DNA from: a virus
Taxonomy: Duplodnaviria; Caudoviricetes
Direction: 5' to 3' (one strand)
Length of the DNA stretch: 50,100 nucleotides
IMG/VR virus record: IMGVR_UViG_3300030380_002955
Location: 1-50,100 of that record
The notes beneath the pieces were generated by a model. The model made no database searches, was not told where the DNA came from, and saw nothing but the letters and a program-made list of their open reading frames with translations. Positions 46,406-50,100 of the stretch are shown piece after piece (within the stretch, counting starts at the first letter, position 1; every line of letters starts with the position of its first letter). The position numbers and the translations under genes are program-made.

Positions 46406-49077
46406 TGGCTGAGAATGCATTCACGCCATATGGAACTACAGACGCTAGTATTCGTAGAGAAACAGAACGCTTATCTGATCAAAAGTATATGGATATGCAA
46501 AAGCAGAGAGAAGATCTGTATGGACTGCCTTTAAAATCACTTGAGCCATCACAAAGAGATAAAGACACAAAAAAAACACAAGAGATGTTATCTTATCTAG
46601 GACTAAAGCCAGAAACATCAACAAGATTTGCTAGAGATTTAATAGGTAGGGATAGATATGATCCCGCTGCCAGTGCAGGAGTTTTAGATTTTACACCTTA
46701 TGCACCTTTAGTTTACGATTTACCTCAAGACATAGATGAGTTTAAAAGAGCAAGAGAAGCTGGAAGTTTAAGTGGTCAATTGTACAGTGGTGCAATGATA
46801 GGTTTAGATGTGCTTAGTCCATTGCCTTTTGGATTGTTGGCTAACAGAGTATTTGGTAATCCATTAAAAAAGTTTGCAAAGTCAGTTGGTGATAAAGTAA
46901 AAGGCGATACTACACCAAAGATAGGTGCATTTTCATCAATATTAGAGCAACCTACAGTACAACCTAAGATGATTGCTAATACTAAACTACAAGCACCAAG
47001 TATGGCTATGGTAAACCCTAGAAAGGTAGATGACTTAGGATTTTATTATAAGTCAGAAGAGGTTGCTAATACTATGCAACAAAAGAAAGGATCAGGGGAA
47101 CAATTCTTGGCTTTCTTTAAGAATAAAGGCGTAAAAGATAGTGAGTTATATGATACTGGCTTAGAGGAGTTATTTAAAAGAGATAAAGTCACCAAAAAAG
47201 ATATATTAGATAATATTGATTTAAATAGATTGCAGTTACAAGAAAGGACTTATGTTGGTAGCGATGTAAGCAGTAACTTAATATTTGAAGATATAACAAA
47301 AAAACTAGAATACAAAACACCAGAGTTTAACAAATATAGTCAAAACGAATTAGATAGTATGGATGGTGTGGATTTAAATGATATACCTGATGGAACAGTT
47401 TCAACAAGAGTGTTGGAAGACACAAAAACTGGATATAAGATTGTATATGATGAAAATGGAGAAAATTTTCTAACATACAGACCAAATACAGATATATTTG
47501 ATATTGAGCAATCAGAACAAGCTAGAGCACTTATAGATGAGCATGAGACGTTAGAAGGTTTTAGATTTGATGAAATAGCTCAAAAGGGAAATATAAACGA
47601 AGCTACAGTAGCTACTGAAGGTATTGCTATAAACAATGGCGATTATATAAGTACAGATGCTAGATTTGCAGATAACACACAAAAAGGTGGCACTAATTAT
47701 AAAGAATATGTATTGAGAAGGCAGTCATTTAATCCAACTATGGCTATGAGAAATGAATATGTGAAGCCAGATGATTTTCAAAATCAGATACATTATGAAG
47801 ATTTTAATCCTATATTTCATGTAAGAACAAAAGATAGAACTACTACAGATGGTGGTAAAACTCTTTACACAGAGGAGTTGCAGTCAGATAGAGGTCAACA
47901 AGGTAGAAAATATGGATTTAGTTCTGGTAAAAACTTTGATGAAACAGTAGCAAAATACAAAGAATTAAATGATAAAGTCATTGATGTATTTACAGATTTA
48001 CCTGTCAAACTAAAAAGTATGGAACAAGAATATCTTTATCAGTTAAAAAATCCAGGGAAACCACCAATAAGAATACCATTAAGAAGTGACTTAAATCAGG
48101 ATCAAATAAACTATTTTTCTAGACAGTCATCGTCAGGCAGGGCAAGACTTGATAATGATGACTTTTTAGACTTTGAAGCAAGTAGAATGCCAGATGAATA
48201 TAAAACTATGAAGTTATCAGACTATATAGAGTTTTTAAGTGACCCAAATAATCCAATAAGAAATGATATAGAAACATTAAATCTTATGAGAAATATAGGT
48301 GGCGTAAGTCAATTATATCAGATAGGAAAAGTACCTAATAGGATTGATTTTAATAGCTTAGATAAAGAAAAACAGTTAAATCTTTTACGTTCAGCTTTGC
48401 AAGATATACAATACTCAAGATATGATTTGAGTAAAAGTAGGCATAACAATGCATTCCCAGATTTAGATACCTTTGCTGGATTCGCTGATGATTTAAGAAA
48501 TGATTTAACACAAACATATAATAAATTACAAGGTAACGTACCTGGTGGAGATTTAGTTGATAATACTGAGGACTGGACAAGATTAGGCATAAAAAGACTA
48601 TTACAGAAAGCAGTTGAAGGTAATTATGATTCTGTTACATTCTCGCCTGGTCAAATACAAGTTGATAGATGGGGAAACCCAAAGCTCAAAGATTTTTACG
48701 ATAATATAATACCAAAGATGGCAAAAGAAGTCGCTGGAAAGAAGAATGTAGGTATAAAAGAAGTTGAGATAGCACCAAATGATTTTCATACAATATTTAT
48801 GAGAGGAAGTAGTGCTATGGATAGACGATATTTTGTATCAAGAGTTGGAACAGATAGACCTATAGCTGGGTTTGATACATTAGAAGATGCACAAAGATAT
48901 GTTAAAAACCTAGATAGTATAGAAAATCAAAAGTCTATAGCCATTACAATCACACCAGAACTGAAAGAAAAAGTATTAAAAGGATTATCTTTATTTACTA
49001 TGGGTGGTGCAGTTCTAGGACTAGAAGAGCAGATAGGAGCACTAGGCAGTATGCCTAGCACTCAAAATTTAACTTAG
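46405..49077 (+). CDS. Large polyvalent-protein-like virion protein
   Basis: GVK..EL..TGL, GG.NY.E..L, H.R..DR, EELQSD..Q.G, KRLL..A....YD, FYD..IP; ends EQIGALGSM. Confidence 0.6.
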   Translation: MAENAFTPYGTTDASIRRETERLSDQKYMDMQKQREDLYGLPLKSLEPSQRDKDTKKTQEMLSYLGLKPETSTRFARDLIGRDRYDPAASAGVLDFTPYAPLVYDLPQDIDEFKRAREAGSLSGQLYSGAMIGLDVLSPLPFGLLANRVFGNPLKKFAKSVGDKVKGDTTPKIGAFSSILEQPTVQPKMIANTKLQAPSMAMVNPRKVDDLGFYYKSEEVANTMQQKKGSGEQFLAFFKNKGVKDSELYDTGLEELFKRDKVTKKDILDNIDLNRLQLQERTYVGSDVSSNLIFEDITKKLEYKTPEFNKYSQNELDSMDGVDLNDIPDGTVSTRVLEDTKTGYKIVYDENGENFLTYRPNTDIFDIEQSEQARALIDEHETLEGFRFDEIAQKGNINEATVATEGIAINNGDYISTDARFADNTQKGGTNYKEYVLRRQSFNPTMAMRNEYVKPDDFQNQIHYEDFNPIFHVRTKDRTTTDGGKTLYTEELQSDRGQQGRKYGFSSGKNFDETVAKYKELNDKVIDVFTDLPVKLKSMEQEYLYQLKNPGKPPIRIPLRSDLNQDQINYFSRQSSSGRARLDNDDFLDFEASRMPDEYKTMKLSDYIEFLSDPNNPIRNDIETLNLMRNIGGVSQLYQIGKVPNRIDFNSLDKEKQLNLLRSALQDIQYSRYDLSKSRHNNAFPDLDTFAGFADDLRNDLTQTYNKLQGNVPGGDLVDNTEDWTRLGIKRLLQKAVEGNYDSVTFSPGQIQVDRWGNPKLKDFYDNIIPKMAKEVAGKKNVGIKEVEIAPNDFHTIFMRGSSAMDRRYFVSRVGTDRPIAGFDTLEDAQRYVKNLDSIENQKSIAITITPELKEKVLKGLSLFTMGGAVLGLEEQIGALGSMPSTQNLT

Positions 49078-49424
49078 TTCTTGATTGGCACTAAGTAACC
49101 TAGATCAGAATAGTTGCCATTCACATGGATTCTATATTCTTTACTACCTCTTGTCTTAATGCGAACTACATCGCCATGATTAAGAGGTAAAGTCTTAGAT
49201 AACCTTTCAGTCTCTGCATAATCTGCATCTGAATAGTGAGACTTGATACAAGCACCCACAGACATAATCCAAATCTTATCTTCTTTCTGATCTTCAAAAA
49301 GGTAACACTTAGATGTGCCTCTGTTGTGATTTACATTGAAAGTAAGCTCTTGGTGCTCACTCCTTCTATCTAGAATACTATCGCCATGCTTATCCCAAAT
49401 ACTTTCTACTTCTAAATATCTCAT
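49074..49424 (-). CDS. Hypothetical early-type protein
   Basis: RBS GGGAG precedes ATG at 49424; convergent with the late operon. Confidence 0.55.
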   Translation of the reverse strand: MRYLEVESIWDKHGDSILDRRSEHQELTFNVNHNRGTSKCYLFEDQKEDKIWIMSVGACIKSHYSDADYAETERLSKTLPLNHGDVVRIKTRGSKEYRIHVNGNYSDLGYLVPIKN

Positions 49425-49436
49425 AGTCAATCTCCC

Positions 49437-49820
49437 TTAATAACCATATTGTTGATAAAATGCTTGATCTTCTTCTTCTGTAGTTGTAGCTGAAACTGCA
49501 TCTACAATAGCTACGAAAGCCTCATAGGGATCGTTTCTAGCTACAGTGAAGTCAACACCACTAGAAGTCTTAATTGATGCTTGTACCTCATCCATAGGGA
49601 AAGCAGTGACACAACCAACTGTTTTATAATTATAACCATCTTCTGTATAATTAATATTCCATATTGGTGTGTCTGTATCCCAACCATATATATGTAATGA
49701 TGGATTGTTAGTAGTTATTCTCTCGAAGCTATACTGAATGTTAGTAGGATGACCTTTTTTATTTACATAACTATTGTATCTACCATAACCTACTATTTCT
49801 TTTGATAAAACTGTCTGCAT
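49437..49820 (-). CDS. Hypothetical early-type protein
   Basis: Likely start ATG 49820 after GGAG. Confidence 0.6.
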   Translation of the reverse strand: MQTVLSKEIVGYGRYNSYVNKKGHPTNIQYSFERITTNNPSLHIYGWDTDTPIWNINYTEDGYNYKTVGCVTAFPMDEVQASIKTSSGVDFTVARNDPYEAFVAIVDAVSATTTEEEDQAFYQQYGY

Positions 49821-49825
49821 TTTTT

Positions 49826-49893
49826 TCTCCAAATTTTGTTATTCGTTAATGTCTTAAAATTAATATAATCTTTGTAGATACATAAGTCAACCC
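49826..49893 (-). promoter_or_regulatory. Early sigma70 promoter and conserved leader
   Basis: GGG-TTGACT-17nt-TATATT; TAACGAATAACAAAATTTGGAG. Confidence 0.8.
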
Positions 49894-49997
49894 TTAAACA
49901 AGGTTTTATTTAATTAATTGTGTTTTTTTTAAAATTAGTTACTATATTAGTTATGTTAAGAGTAAATTTTCCATCACTGTACAAAGGAGGTAGTAGT

Positions 49998-50087
49998 ATG
50001 AAATATGGTAGTAAATCAAAGATGGTTAAACCAAAGGTTAAAAAAATTAAAGTCAAGAAAAAAGGCAAGAAGAATGGAAAATACTAA
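49998..50087 (+). CDS. 29-aa Lys-rich peptide (not in ORF track)
   Basis: RBS AAGGAGGT; MKYGSKSKMVKPKVKKIKVKKKGKKNGKY. Confidence 0.6.
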   Translation: MKYGSKSKMVKPKVKKIKVKKKGKKNGKY

Positions 50088-50100
50088 AGACGTAGAAATT

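Noticed and set aside
1-50100. Stop-codon reassignment, tRNA genes, integrase/att site
   Set aside because: Genes are full-length in the standard code with tight TAA/TAG/TGA junctions; no cloverleaf or recombinase motifs recognised

Overview
AT-rich, gene-dense, probably near-complete genome of a tailed dsDNA phage. A marine, podovirus-like phage of an alphaproteobacterial-type host is inferred. Layout: capsid, tail, lysis and ejection genes (1-22.3 kb, +); a bidirectional early region driven by a family of near-identical sigma70 promoters (22.4-32.9 kb); a Cro/initiator/primase-helicase module; terminase and portal (36-40.4 kb); then an unusual late cluster (40.4-49.1 kb). In that cluster, tiny Lys-rich proteins alternate with enzyme-like proteins (ART-like, ParB-like, polyvalent-protein-like). 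The most striking signal is a short peptide motif, [ILMF]-G-A-L-x-x-[LMI], recurring near the termini of at least 8 otherwise unrelated late proteins, a candidate virion-loading or ejection tag. Other notable signals: a twin-hairpin RNA with shared stems and unique 21-24 nt loops at 32773-32880, and strong GCWGC avoidance with survivors almost always in a GCWGCGG context. No integrase, DNA polymerase, tRNA, reverse transcriptase or cas operon was recognised. All family calls come from motif recognition by eye, not from database searches.
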